The notes below the pieces were generated by a model. It had not been told where the DNA came from, ran no database searches, and saw only the letters and a program-made list of their open reading frames with translations. Of a stretch of DNA of 27,608 bases, positions 1 to 9,678 are shown piece by piece. The first letter of the stretch is position 1. Each line of letters starts with the position of its first letter. This DNA is from a candidate division WOR-3 bacterium. Its GTDB lineage: Bacteria > Hydrothermota > UBA3072 > B12-G15. The translations under genes and the position numbers were made by a program. Location of the stretch: positions 4,540-32,147 of the forward strand of contig CBFGJG010000021.1 in the NCBI GenBank assembly GCA_965649055.1. Reading direction: 5' to 3'.

Positions 1-21
1 GGCAATCCTCTCTTCATTCAT
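1..21 (-). CDS. Possible 5' end of a divergent gene running off the window (MNEERIA...)
   Basis: On the - strand, ATG at 21 is preceded by a purine-rich GATAGGGGTA and the frame is open to the window edge. Only 7 codons are visible. Confidence 0.3.
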
Positions 22-91
22 TACCCCTATCTTCACTATCAAAACTTTCCACCATGTGCATGAACTTTTCCAAAAATATTTATTATTTTTC

Positions 92-107
92 TTGACATTG
101 TTATAAT
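92..107 (+). promoter_or_regulatory. Putative sigma70-type promoter region for the 146..4362 operon
   Basis: TTGACA at 92-97 and an extended -10 TGnTATAAT at 99-107. These two are too close to belong to one promoter, so the assignment is uncertain. SD GGGAGG lies before ATG 146. Confidence 0.45.
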
Positions 108-145
108 TTTTTATAAAAATAACTAAAAAATAAAAGGGAGGATTT

Positions 146-652
146 ATGAGAAAAGTTACTATATTAATACTTAATTTGCTTATAGTTATTGCTTTTATAG
201 GACTTTTATATTTGATTGTAAAGCCACAGTACATAAAGTATAACGAGATGGTTTATCAGGCTCATATAAAGAAGAATATATATACCGTCAAAGCTGCTAT
301 TGAATTCTATTTAGCAGAAAATATCGGTAAATACCCAAAAAATATAGATGAAATATATCCATATATACAGAAACTTGGTGGTATTGTAAATCCACTGACG
401 AAAAAAGAGATTACATCAAGCGAGATTAAGGTTTTTTTCTATTCTCTTCCTAATGAGTATAAGAAAGATGATGAAGCCAGTGAAAATGCTATGGTGAAAG
501 GGATACCTGGTTCTGTTGGAATAGGATTATTCATACCTATCGGTGATTCAATTGTAAAAAATTATGGTGTGATAGGTTTTATGAGGGACTCAACTTCACT
601 TTACTATCTTGACCCTGCTAAGAAAAAACATATCTTCCTTCTAAATGGGTGA
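146..652 (+). CDS. Type IV pilin/GspG-like membrane protein with a degenerate prepilin cleavage motif
   Basis: The N-terminal hydrophobic helix NLLIVIAFIGLL...P aligns with the pilin consensus ELLIVIAIIGIL...P, keeping G14 and P22. It is followed by a GspG-like segment K-N---K-AIE-Y--EN-G-YP and NPLT. Good SD. Confidence 0.6.
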   Translation: MRKVTILILNLLIVIAFIGLLYLIVKPQYIKYNEMVYQAHIKKNIYTVKAAIEFYLAENIGKYPKNIDEIYPYIQKLGGIVNPLTKKEITSSEIKVFFYSLPNEYKKDDEASENAMVKGIPGSVGIGLFIPIGDSIVKNYGVIGFMRDSTSLYYLDPAKKKHIFLLNG

Positions 653-1518
653 AAGAGTTTAACTATTTAAAACCCGAAATCCTTTTAAAGATAAAAAATC
701 TTGATATCAGAGCAAGATTAATAGTTGAAGGAATTCTATCAGGAATTCATTATAGTTCAAAAAAAGGGCTATCATGTGAATTTACCGAACATAAAGTTTA
801 TAACTCCGGTGAACCTGTAAATCTTATCGATTGGAAGGTATACGGTAGAACTGAAAGATTATATCTAAAAAAGTTTGAGGAAGAAAGTAATATGAGGGTT
901 TTTATACTACTTGACGTTAGCAACTCTATGAATTACGGGGAACCCAAGAAGATAGATTATGCTAAAACAATAACTGCAACACTATCACTTCTGTTTTCAA
1001 GACAGAATGACTCTGTAGGATTGATAACTTTTAACGAAGAAGTGGTTGATTTTATTCCTCCTGCCCTTAAAAGGAATTATTTTCATATTATTCTTTCTTC
1101 CCTTGAAAAAAGAAAAACTTCAAGAAAAACGAATATTTCAAATGTTCTGTATTATTTATCACGGAAGATAAAAAGAAGGGCATATATAATCATTATATCA
1201 GACTTCCTTGCTGATTACGAAGATTTTATCAAACCATTAAAAGGACTTTCGTCTTCAAAAAATGAAGTAATATGTATTCAGATACTAACACCTGAAGAGA
1301 TTGAATTTAAAGGAGAAAGAGCTACATATATGATAGACCTTGAAACAAATAAAAAAATATTTGTAGAGCCGAAATTAATAAAAAATGAGTATAAAAAGTT
1401 GTTTAAAAACTATCTTGAGAGATTGAAATTTCTTTTCAGTGAATGCAATGCAAAATACAGTCTGATTACGACTGATACAGAATTTGACAGGGCAATAATG
1501 AGGGTTTTTCTAAATTGA
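649..1518 (+). CDS. DUF58 domain / vWA-like protein (MoxR-associated family)
   Basis: EF-EH--Y--G-----IDWKVYGRT-RLY-K-FEEE signature, DVSNSM MIDAS-like motif and IISDF. GTG start overlaps the upstream stop (GTGA). Confidence 0.9.
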   Translation: MKEFNYLKPEILLKIKNLDIRARLIVEGILSGIHYSSKKGLSCEFTEHKVYNSGEPVNLIDWKVYGRTERLYLKKFEEESNMRVFILLDVSNSMNYGEPKKIDYAKTITATLSLLFSRQNDSVGLITFNEEVVDFIPPALKRNYFHIILSSLEKRKTSRKTNISNVLYYLSRKIKRRAYIIIISDFLADYEDFIKPLKGLSSSKNEVICIQILTPEEIEFKGERATYMIDLETNKKIFVEPKLIKNEYKKLFKNYLERLKFLFSECNAKYSLITTDTEFDRAIMRVFLN

Positions 1519-3053
1519 TTTATAAAATATTTCTGCTTTTTCCTTTATTTATAATAATCCCCGCAATAATACATTTTTTATCAAGAAGGAAGATTAAAGA
1601 GGAATTTTTCCCTTCACTTCTTTTTCTTTATGAAAGGGAAAAGAGGTTAAGAAACTATATTAAATTTGAAGAAATAATACTTTTTTTAGTTAGGGTTCTT
1701 TTAATTTTTGCACTTTCCTTTGCTGGTGGACTTATTTTAATTCCTTTTAAATTTATAGGGAAAAATGAAGTTAAAAGAATCTACGATACTTCATTATCTA
1801 TGGAGGGAAGAATACAAGATAAGGTAAAATACGAGACGGTGAATATAAATGGCATAGCAGATTTTGAAAAGACATTTGAAAAATATAGGTTTGGTATAAT
1901 AGTTTCAGATATGCAGGAGATAAATTTTAAAAGTATACTGAAGAAGAATAAGAAATATAAGTATTTTATACCGGATATGGTTATTTTGCCGGAAGAGAAT
2001 AATTCAATAAGAGATATAGAATATAATTTTGGGGAAAATTTAATAATTTCTGTGAAAATAAAAAGAGAAGGTAAAACAAAAAGGGAAGATATTGTTTTAT
2101 TTTTTGACGATGTTAAGTATAAAAAGACTGCATTACTTAACAATGGTGATAATATCGTGGTATTCGAGATTGATGAAAAGATAAAGGGTTTCCATAGGAT
2201 TACATGTGTTATAAAAGATGAACTCATATTTGACAATTTTTATTATAAGGTGATTTATTCACCTGAAGGAAGAACAGTAAAAATCTTAAGTAGCGATGAA
2301 CCAAAATTTTTGATTAAAGCACTTAAGAAATACAGGATTGAATGGATTAAAGAATTAAATAGAATAAATAAAAACGATATATTGATAATAGATAATTACA
2401 ATAGTTTTGTAGATATTAATTATTTATCAAAATTATGTTTTAATGTTATCTTATCAATGAATGATTCAATTTATATAAGTGATATTAAGGTTAAAAAGAT
2501 AAACGACAAATATTCAGATATTGAAAATGATAAAATGTTAATATTTACAGATGAACCCGTAAAGTATAATTGGGATATAGAAGGTGGTAAAACACTAATC
2601 AGTTTCAAAAATGGTGATAATGCTATAATAAAGAAAGATAATATATTCATCTGTGCTTTTTCTTTGCAGTCGGAGGAACTGGTTTATCATACATATTATC
2701 TTCCATTTCTTCATTCCCTTATTCAGGAATCATCAAAAGATATTGAGTTAAATGTTGAAATAGGTGATACAATTTCAGGTGATTTTGATGAAGTTTTAAC
2801 CCCTGATGGAACAAGATTTTTTAATATTAAAGAAATAATTACCGATAAAAGGGGTTTTTATACTATTATTAAAGGTAAAGATACACTGTTTGTAGCTGTA
2901 AATCCAAGGAATGAAGAATACAACCTAAAAATACTTGAAAAAGAAAAAATCGAATCTATACTCAGTAGAAAAAAACTTTACGATGGGACGAGTTTTTTCC
3001 TTTTTATATTTTTAACACTTTTAATATTAGAAAAGATTTTGGAAAGGAGGTAG
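1515..3053 (+). CDS. BatA-type N-terminal double-TM domain protein with a reduced vWA-like region and a C-terminal TM anchor
   Basis: P-IIHF-SRR-----FPSL-FL...LF-VR-L-I--L-FA pattern, DTSLSM and VSDMQ motifs, and a hydrophobic C-terminus ending LE-ILERR. TTGA overlap with the DUF58 gene. Confidence 0.75.
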   Translation: MIYKIFLLFPLFIIIPAIIHFLSRRKIKEEFFPSLLFLYEREKRLRNYIKFEEIILFLVRVLLIFALSFAGGLILIPFKFIGKNEVKRIYDTSLSMEGRIQDKVKYETVNINGIADFEKTFEKYRFGIIVSDMQEINFKSILKKNKKYKYFIPDMVILPEENNSIRDIEYNFGENLIISVKIKREGKTKREDIVLFFDDVKYKKTALLNNGDNIVVFEIDEKIKGFHRITCVIKDELIFDNFYYKVIYSPEGRTVKILSSDEPKFLIKALKKYRIEWIKELNRINKNDILIIDNYNSFVDINYLSKLCFNVILSMNDSIYISDIKVKKINDKYSDIENDKMLIFTDEPVKYNWDIEGGKTLISFKNGDNAIIKKDNIFICAFSLQSEELVYHTYYLPFLHSLIQESSKDIELNVEIGDTISGDFDEVLTPDGTRFFNIKEIITDKRGFYTIIKGKDTLFVAVNPRNEEYNLKILEKEKIESILSRKKLYDGTSFFLFIFLTLLILEKILERR

Positions 3054-3054
3054 G

Positions 3055-4362
3055 ATGTTTAAAAATGTGTGGGAAGTTATAACAGAAAAGGAAAAACAGG
3101 AAATGGAAAAGTTTGTTTCTGATTACAGAAGTTTTATTGAAAGATGCAAGACAGAAAGACTTGTTGCAGAAGAAGCGGAAGAGGTTGCAAAAAAATGGGA
3201 CATACCATATATTCTTTTCAGAAAAAAGACTATAGCAATGTTCAAACCATATGGTGACCCAATAAAAGATGGAATAAGGATTGTTGTAGCACATTCCGAT
3301 GTACCAAGGATTGATTTAAAACCAAGACCAGTTACAGAAGAAAATGAATTTGCTATGTTTAAGACAAGATACTATGGAGGGATTAAAAAATATCAGTGGC
3401 TATCTCTTCCACTTTCACTCTTTGGTGTTGTTTACAAAAAAAATGGTGAAGAAGTCAAAATAAAGGAAGACGAGATTGCATTTGTGATTCCAGACCTTGA
3501 ACCACATCTTTCGAGAAAATACGACGAAAAAAAGACAAATGAATACATAGAAGCAGAGAAACTTATGCCAATTGCAGGCTCAATCCCTTCAAAGATAAAA
3601 GAGGAAAGGTTTAAGAAAGGTGTCTTGGATTATCTTAAAAAGAAATATGGTATAGAGGAAGAAGAACTTGTTTCAGGTGAACTTGAACTTGTTCCTTCTA
3701 TAAATTCTATGGAAATAGGTGTTGATAAAGGTTTGATAGGTGCCTACGGACAGGACGATAGGGTCTGCTGTTATACTGCTTTAAGGGCATTGATGGGAAT
3801 GGGTGGACAGAAAAGGAGTGCACTACTTATACTTTTCGATAAAGAGGAGATTGGGAGTGTTGGGAACACAGGAGCACAATCAAATATAGTTGAGGATGCA
3901 GTTATAGAAATCCTTGAGAAACTGGGTATCGAAGCAAGCTATAAGAATGTGAGGAAGGCACTATTAAAATCAACATGTATTTCAGCTGATGTTAATGCTG
4001 CTGTGAATCCTCTTTTTTCTGATACACTTGACCCTAAGAATGCTGCAAGGCTCGGCTATGGTCTTGTTGTTACAAAATATACAGGTCATGGAGGAAAAGG
4101 TGGCTCTAATGATGCAAACCCAGAATTTATATCAGAAGTGCTCAAGATATTCGACGAAAATAATGTTCGTTGGCAGACTGGAGAGCTTGGGAAGGCTGAT
4201 GAAGGTGGTGGTGGAACAGTTGCAAGATTCCTTGCTTTTTTTGGGATTGAGATAGTAGATGCAGGGGTCCCTTTACTTTCTATGCATTCACCATTTGAGA
4301 TATCAAGTAAGGTTGATATATATGAAGCATACAAAGGATACAGGGCATTTTTTGAAAATTGA
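3055..4362 (+). CDS. M18 family aminopeptidase
   Basis: Motifs AHSDVPRIDLKP, YYGGIKKYQW, DDRVC, DKEEIGS, SADV and SMHSPFE. Confidence 0.93.
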   Translation: MFKNVWEVITEKEKQEMEKFVSDYRSFIERCKTERLVAEEAEEVAKKWDIPYILFRKKTIAMFKPYGDPIKDGIRIVVAHSDVPRIDLKPRPVTEENEFAMFKTRYYGGIKKYQWLSLPLSLFGVVYKKNGEEVKIKEDEIAFVIPDLEPHLSRKYDEKKTNEYIEAEKLMPIAGSIPSKIKEERFKKGVLDYLKKKYGIEEEELVSGELELVPSINSMEIGVDKGLIGAYGQDDRVCCYTALRALMGMGGQKRSALLILFDKEEIGSVGNTGAQSNIVEDAVIEILEKLGIEASYKNVRKALLKSTCISADVNAAVNPLFSDTLDPKNAARLGYGLVVTKYTGHGGKGGSNDANPEFISEVLKIFDENNVRWQTGELGKADEGGGGTVARFLAFFGIEIVDAGVPLLSMHSPFEISSKVDIYEAYKGYRAFFEN

Positions 4363-4381
4363 AAAAAATAAAAAATACCCC

Positions 4382-4409
4382 TTGACATTTTACTGTTTTA
4401 GTATATTTT
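4382..4409 (+). promoter_or_regulatory. Putative sigma70 promoter of the candidate sRNA
   Basis: TTGACA (4382-4387), 16 bp spacer, TATTTT (4404-4409). The same spacing recurs at other promoters in the window. Confidence 0.55.
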
Positions 4410-4412
4410 TTT

Positions 4413-4497
4413 ATTACTATTTTAACCCCCGATTATTTTCTCTTCATTTTTGCCCTCCTTCTGTAGGCTCGGATTTCCGAGCCTACAGTTTTTTTTT
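4413..4497 (+). ncRNA. Candidate small regulatory RNA with an anti-SD/anti-AUG pyrimidine tract (5' end approximate)
   Basis: Lies between a promoter and a perfect intrinsic terminator, has no credible ORF, and contains UUUUCUCUUCAUUUUUGCCCUCCUU immediately 5' of the terminator stem. Confidence 0.5.
4461..4497 (+). terminator. Intrinsic (Rho-independent) terminator
   Basis: Perfect 12-bp stem CTGTAGGCTCGG/CCGAGCCTACAG with an ATTT loop, followed by 9 T. Confidence 0.92.
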
Positions 4498-4505
4498 GTT
4501 AAACC

Positions 4506-4533
4506 TTGAAAAAATCAAAAAATCTAATATAAT
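4506..4533 (+). promoter_or_regulatory. sigma70 promoter of ppdK
   Basis: TTGAAA (4506-4511), 16 bp, TATAAT (4528-4533). SD AGGAGG at 4544-4549. Confidence 0.75.
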
Positions 4534-4553
4534 GTGAAAAAACAGGAGGTTCT

Positions 4554-7232
4554 ATGAGAAAATATGTATATTATTTTGGTGGTAAGAAAGCAGATGGAAG
4601 TATTAAGATGAAAAATATTATAGGTGGAAAAGGTGCTGGACTTGCAGAAATGACAAATATTGGTATACCAGTCCCACCTGGATTTACAATTTCAACAGAG
4701 GTATGCACTTATTATTACAAGAAAGGCAAATATCCAGCAGGTTTAAAGAAAGAAGTTGAAGAAGGGTTAGAAAGGATTGAGAAACTAACAAAGAAGAAAT
4801 TCGGAGATAAGAAAAATCCATTACTTGTTTCAGTCCGTTCAGGTGCAAGGGCGTCTATGCCAGGTATGATGGACACAATACTTAATCTTGGTCTTAATGA
4901 TGAAACAATTCAGGGTCTATTGGAAAAGACTAAAAATCCAAGATTCTGCTATGATTCTTATAGAAGATTCATCCAGATGTATGGTAATGTTGTATTGGGT
5001 ATAGAACATGAAAAATTTGAAAAGATTATAGACGAGGTTAAAGAGAAAAAAGGTGTCAAACTCGATATAGAACTTACAGGGGATGACTGGAAGGAAGTTG
5101 TGGAAAAATATAAGTCTATGATTAAAAATGAGATAAAGAAAGAATTTCCAAAAGAACCTTACGAACAGCTTTGGGGCGCTATTGAAGCGGTTTTTAAATC
5201 CTGGAATAACCAGAGGGCAATTGAGTATAGAAAAATTCACAACATACCTGATGATTGGGGAACGGCATGTAATGTTCAGGCAATGGTTTTTGGTAATCTC
5301 GGAGAGAATTCAGGGACAGGTGTTGCTTTTACAAGGAATCCTTCTACGGGTGAAAATGAGTTTTATGGTGAATATCTTATGAATGCCCAGGGAGAGGATG
5401 TTGTTGCAGGTATCAGGACGCCGCTCCCGCTGAGTAAGAAACAGAAAACAAACGGAAATGAGATAAGCCTTGAAGAGGCATCCCCGAAGATTTATAAGCA
5501 ACTACTTGATATCAGAAAGAAACTCGAATCCCACTTTAAAGATATGCAAGACCTTGAATTCACAATAGAAGATGGAAATCTTTATCTTTTACAGACAAGG
5601 TCAGGTAAAAGGACCGCAATGGCAGCAGTGAAGATTGCGGTTGATATGGTGAAAGAAAAACTGATAGATAAAGAAGAAGCTGTATACAGGGTAAAACCTG
5701 AGCATGTCGACCAGTTATTACACCCCATGATTGACCCAAAAGCAAAATTTACAGTTCTTGCAAAAGGACTCCCTGCTTCTCCAGGTGCAGCGACTGGAAA
5801 AGTCGTATTATTCCCTAAAGATGCTGTAGAAGCAAAAAAGAACAAAGAAAAGGTTATACTTGTAAGGCATGAAACATCACCCGAGGATGTTGCAGGGATG
5901 CATTCTGCTGAAGGTATATTGACAGCAAGGGGTGGAATGACATCGCACGCAGCGGTTGTAGCAAGGGGTATGGGTAAACCATGCATTGTTGGTTGTGAAT
6001 CTATTATAGTTGATTACGAAAAGAGGGAGATAAGGGTTAATAACGAAATCATTAAAGAAGGTGAATTGATAACAATAGATGGAACTACCGGTTCTGTTAT
6101 AAGAGGAGATGTTCCAAAGATAGAAGTATCTATAACAGGTGAATTTCAGAAGATATTGAAATGGGCAGACGAGATAAGGGTGCTTGGGGTAAGAACAAAT
6201 GCGGATACACCTTTTGATGCAGAAACAGCAAGAAAATTTGGTGCAGAAGGTATCGGGCTTGCAAGAACAGAGCATATGTTCTTCAAGGAAGACAGAATAC
6301 CAGCCATGAGAGAGATGATACTCGCAGATACCCTTGAAGAAAGGAAAAATGCACTTGCAAAACTTCTTCCTATGCAGAGGGAAGATTTTGAAGGTTTATT
6401 CAGGGCTATGGATGGTTTCCCTGTTATAATAAGATTGCTTGACCCTCCTCTACATGAATTCCTGCCAAAGGAAGAAGAAGCTCAGATAAAGATGTCCGAG
6501 ACTATGGGTATACCTATTGAGAAGATAAAAGAAAGGGTCCATCAGTTATCTGAACTTAATCCTATGCTCGGCCTTAGAGGGTGCAGACTTGGAATACTAT
6601 TCCCTGAGATTACAGAAATGCAGGCAAGGGCAATCTTTGAAGCTGCATGTAATGTTAAGAAAGAGGGAATAAAGGTTATCCCTGAGGTCATGGTTCCACT
6701 TGTAGGTATGGTGAATGAGTTGAAGCTCCAGAAAGAGATAATAGTAAAGGTCGCAGAAGAAGTAATGAAAGAGAAAAACGTAAGGATAAAGTATATGGTT
6801 GGAACAATGATTGAACTTCCAAGGGCTGCATTAACTGCGGATGAGATTGCACAGGAAGCTGAATTCTTCAGTTACGGAACAAATGATATAACGCAAACCA
6901 CATTTGGTTTTTCAAGGGATGATGTTGGAAAATATGTCCCGAGATATATAGAGCTTGGAATCCTGAAAAATGACCCGTTCCAGACACTTGACCAGATAGG
7001 TGTAGGTGAACTTATAGAGATCGGTATAAAGAAAGGGAGAAAGACAAGACCTGAACTTGAAATAGGAATATGTGGAGAACATGGTGGGGACCCGGATTCA
7101 ATAAAATTCTGTCACAGGGTTGGTATGAATTATGTTTCCTGTTCTCCTTACAGGGTTCCAATAGCAAGACTTTCTGCTGCACATGCAGCAATTGAAGATA
7201 AAAAAGGTGTTAAAGCAGACGAAACAAGATAA
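4554..7232 (+). CDS. ppdK: Pyruvate, phosphate dikinase
   Basis: [38 protein letters not shown] (phospho-His with adjacent regulatory Thr) and [10 protein letters not shown]. 892 aa. Confidence 0.98.
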   Translation: MRKYVYYFGGKKADGSIKMKNIIGGKGAGLAEMTNIGIPVPPGFTISTEVCTYYYKKGKYPAGLKKEVEEGLERIEKLTKKKFGDKKNPLLVSVRSGARASMPGMMDTILNLGLNDETIQGLLEKTKNPRFCYDSYRRFIQMYGNVVLGIEHEKFEKIIDEVKEKKGVKLDIELTGDDWKEVVEKYKSMIKNEIKKEFPKEPYEQLWGAIEAVFKSWNNQRAIEYRKIHNIPDDWGTACNVQAMVFGNLGENSGTGVAFTRNPSTGENEFYGEYLMNAQGEDVVAGIRTPLPLSKKQKTNGNEISLEEASPKIYKQLLDIRKKLESHFKDMQDLEFTIEDGNLYLLQTRSGKRTAMAAVKIAVDMVKEKLIDKEEAVYRVKPEHVDQLLHPMIDPKAKFTVLAKGLPASPGAATGKVVLFPKDAVEAKKNKEKVILVRHETSPEDVAGMHSAEGILTARGGMTSHAAVVARGMGKPCIVGCESIIVDYEKREIRVNNEIIKEGELITIDGTTGSVIRGDVPKIEVSITGEFQKILKWADEIRVLGVRTNADTPFDAETARKFGAEGIGLARTEHMFFKEDRIPAMREMILADTLEERKNALAKLLPMQREDFEGLFRAMDGFPVIIRLLDPPLHEFLPKEEEAQIKMSETMGIPIEKIKERVHQLSELNPMLGLRGCRLGILFPEITEMQARAIFEAACNVKKEGIKVIPEVMVPLVGMVNELKLQKEIIVKVAEEVMKEKNVRIKYMVGTMIELPRAALTADEIAQEAEFFSYGTNDITQTTFGFSRDDVGKYVPRYIELGILKNDPFQTLDQIGVGELIEIGIKKGRKTRPELEIGICGEHGGDPDSIKFCHRVGMNYVSCSPYRVPIARLSAAHAAIEDKKGVKADETR

Positions 7233-7242
7233 TTTAATTGTT

Positions 7243-7271
7243 AAGCCCGCAGGTTTCAAGCCTGTGGGCTT
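7243..7271 (+). terminator. Hairpin between convergent ppdK and diguanylate cyclase genes; likely ppdK terminator
   Basis: AAGCCCGCAGG / CCTGTGGGCTT stem (11 bp including one G-U that forms only in the + strand RNA), 10 nt after the ppdK stop. The U-tract is weak. Confidence 0.6.
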
Positions 7272-9202
7272 CCCTTTATAACCTTATTTCTGCCTTCCTC
7301 TTTTGCCTTATAGAGTGCATTATCAGCAATCATTATCAGTTCATCCTTAGTAATACCTTCTTTGTATGTTGCGGTCCCTATACTTACAGTTACATTTATC
7401 GCCTCACTCTGACCGTTCAGAATAATTGAATGATTGTCTATATTCATTCTGATTTTTTCTGCAGTTCTTACAGCATTCTCTTCATTTGTATCTATAAGTA
7501 TAACAGCAATTTCTTCACCACCATACCTTGCTGCAATATCAGAACTTCTCAAAGAACCAATTATCACATTTGAAATCTCTCTTAATACCTGGTCACCAGC
7601 AAGGTGACCGTAAGTGTCATTGAATTTCTTAAAACGGTCTATATCAATTAGAAGTAATGAGAAAATAGATTTATCCCTTTTTGATTTTTCTATCTGTTTT
7701 GATAGGAATTCCTGGAAGAACCTGTGATTGTAAAGGCCAGTAAGTCCATCTCTTAATGCCCTCTTTTTTTCCTTTTCATATAGAGCTGCCTTTTCAAGCC
7801 CTGTGTCCATAATATCTGTTATTATAGAAAGAATACTTAAATCAGATTCTTTAAATCTGTTTTTTAGATTTGAATACACGGTAATTCCACCTTCAACATT
7901 TCCGTGAAAAGGTGCAAAAATAAATGAAACAATGTTTAAATCCCTTTCATCCTTTGAAATGAAAGGCCTCTTTATCTCTTCCTTCATATTATCTTTCTTT
8001 AATGCCAGATTATCTTTTATCGCACTCCCGAATAAACTATCTTTGAGATTTTTTAGATATCTTCTTCCATCACTTTCTATCACAAGGAATTCATCAGAGG
8101 ACCTTATAAATATTATTTGTTCGGTATTTGTGAAAATCTCTTTTAATGCTTCAAAACAGGATGCTATCATCTTATCCCTTTCAAGATATGATGATATTTT
8201 GTTTGTAAGAGATTGTATAATGCTAAAATTAACTGCTTCAATCATAGATGCTTCAGTGTATCTATAAAGATGAATCAGAATTTCTATCTCTCTTTTAGCG
8301 AGTGATACGAGATTTTTTTTGTCTTCACTGAAGAAGAAATCCTTTCTCGAATCAAGGACAAGTATTCCTTCAACACTTTTTTCAGGTATTATCGGTAAGG
8401 CAATAATTGATTTAATAAAGTATTCTCTCTCATAATAAGAAAGGTTCTTTGAAGAGCCAGAAAAATCGTCAAGGATTATGGGCTCCTGTGAATTATAGAA
8501 TAGAGTAAGGGGACCTTTATCAATTACTGCATCTGGAATAACTGAAAGAGATGATTTTGCAAACTTCAGGTAGAAATGTCCATCTTCTTTATTCTTGATA
8601 AAAAGACAACATGATGAAGGGAGGACGGCTTTGTATAGATTGTCAATTATATCAAAGATTGAATTATAATATAAATCAAAGAGATTAAAGGTAATAGTAG
8701 CATCCTTCATTTCTATCATTTTCTTTATTTCTTCAGTATGTTTTTCACCGGAGCTAAACGAAAACTCTTTAAAATCCTTTACTATTTTTTCAAAATTTTT
8801 CTTTTCTTTTATAATTTTCCTGTTTAGAAGATAAACAGGGATAAATACTGAATAGGTTATCAGCATATAAATTGGTTCTTTTGATTTAAAGATTGATACT
8901 ATTGGGAAAAATATATAAGGCAGGTAAAAATCTTCTTTGTTAAGTTTTGTATAGAAGAATATTGTGAACATAAAGAAAACAGGTGAGGATGAACCACCTC
9001 CTAATTCAATCACTGATGCTAATATGAATAAGGATGTAAGAAAATTTATCTGTGGTAAGAAATAAAATAGAATAATTAAAATTCCAGTTAATACAAAGAA
9101 TATATAATCTTTTAAAGGTATATTAAATTCAAATTTGAAAAAAAGAAGCGATAAAAAAATAAGCAACGGAATTATAAAGATGAAATCCTTTATCTTTTTC
9201 AT
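7256..9202 (-). CDS. Membrane-anchored diguanylate cyclase (N-terminal TM helices, two probable GAF domains, GGDEF)
   Basis: DGLTGLYNHR, DIDRFKKFNDTYGH, RSSD I-site, RYGGEEI, VSIG and ADNALYKAKEEGRN. Hydrophobic N-terminal ~125 aa. GAF-like segments SIIALPI...GILVLDS and SFIFAPF...F-ESDL--L. Confidence 0.92.
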   Translation of the reverse strand: MKKIKDFIFIIPLLIFLSLLFFKFEFNIPLKDYIFFVLTGILIILFYFLPQINFLTSLFILASVIELGGGSSSPVFFMFTIFFYTKLNKEDFYLPYIFFPIVSIFKSKEPIYMLITYSVFIPVYLLNRKIIKEKKNFEKIVKDFKEFSFSSGEKHTEEIKKMIEMKDATITFNLFDLYYNSIFDIIDNLYKAVLPSSCCLFIKNKEDGHFYLKFAKSSLSVIPDAVIDKGPLTLFYNSQEPIILDDFSGSSKNLSYYEREYFIKSIIALPIIPEKSVEGILVLDSRKDFFFSEDKKNLVSLAKREIEILIHLYRYTEASMIEAVNFSIIQSLTNKISSYLERDKMIASCFEALKEIFTNTEQIIFIRSSDEFLVIESDGRRYLKNLKDSLFGSAIKDNLALKKDNMKEEIKRPFISKDERDLNIVSFIFAPFHGNVEGGITVYSNLKNRFKESDLSILSIITDIMDTGLEKAALYEKEKKRALRDGLTGLYNHRFFQEFLSKQIEKSKRDKSIFSLLLIDIDRFKKFNDTYGHLAGDQVLREISNVIIGSLRSSDIAARYGGEEIAVILIDTNEENAVRTAEKIRMNIDNHSIILNGQSEAINVTVSIGTATYKEGITKDELIMIADNALYKAKEEGRNKVIKGSPQA

Positions 9203-9678
9203 AATTTAAATCTTTTCTTTATGAAGTAGAGTAGAGGTAACCCGATAAAATAGGTTGCAATGGTCTCACCTATAAATATAGATATCACGAAAAGAAAATA
9301 AGGGTGTATTTTTAATGGTATTTCAGGTGGTTTCAGCAGGAAATAGAGATATGCGCTCACTCCAAATGAATTTAAAATTACCGGTGGTAATGGTGCCAGA
9401 AATATTTTCTTTGTCTTTGAAAGAAAAAATGTCAGAATTGCTGCAAGTAATGTTATTATGCTACCAAAGAAAATATCATAGAATCCAAGACCACCGAAGA
9501 TATTTGAAATAAGACACCCCAAAAATAACCCCCATATAGCCTCAGGGAAGAAAAATGGCAGGAGTGTTAATGCCTCTGATATTCTAATCTGAAAGGCATA
9601 GTAACTTAATGGATGAAGCAACACAGTCAAGACTATATACAATGCAGCAATAAGACATCCTCTTGTAATTCTTTTCAG
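9199..9678 (-). CDS. queT: QueT-family transporter (ECF S-component, predicted queuosine precursor); probable CTG start at 9678
   Basis: IAALY-VLT---P-SY---Q-R-SEALT-LP, GLFLGCL-SN, DIFFGS--TL-AA, PPV-LN and GE motifs. The frame is open upstream of the ORF-track start (9642) as far as GGAGGT-agt-CTG. Confidence 0.85.
   Translation of the reverse strand: MKRITRGCLIAALYIVLTVLLHPLSYYAFQIRISEALTLLPFFFPEAIWGLFLGCLISNIFGGLGFYDIFFGSIITLLAAILTFFLSKTKKIFLAPLPPVILNSFGVSAYLYFLLKPPEIPLKIHPYFLFVISIFIGETIATYFIGLPLLYFIKKRFKL

Noticed and set aside
4433..4447. Minus-strand mini-ORF MKRK* with a perfect SD
   Set aside because: Only 4 codons and no clear - strand promoter was identified. It is better explained as the antisense face of the + strand sRNA, though a gene vestige is not excluded.
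4259..4537. 92-aa ORF spanning the aminopeptidase end and the intergenic region
   Set aside because: It overlaps a real gene out of frame, runs through a strong terminator and has low-complexity composition.
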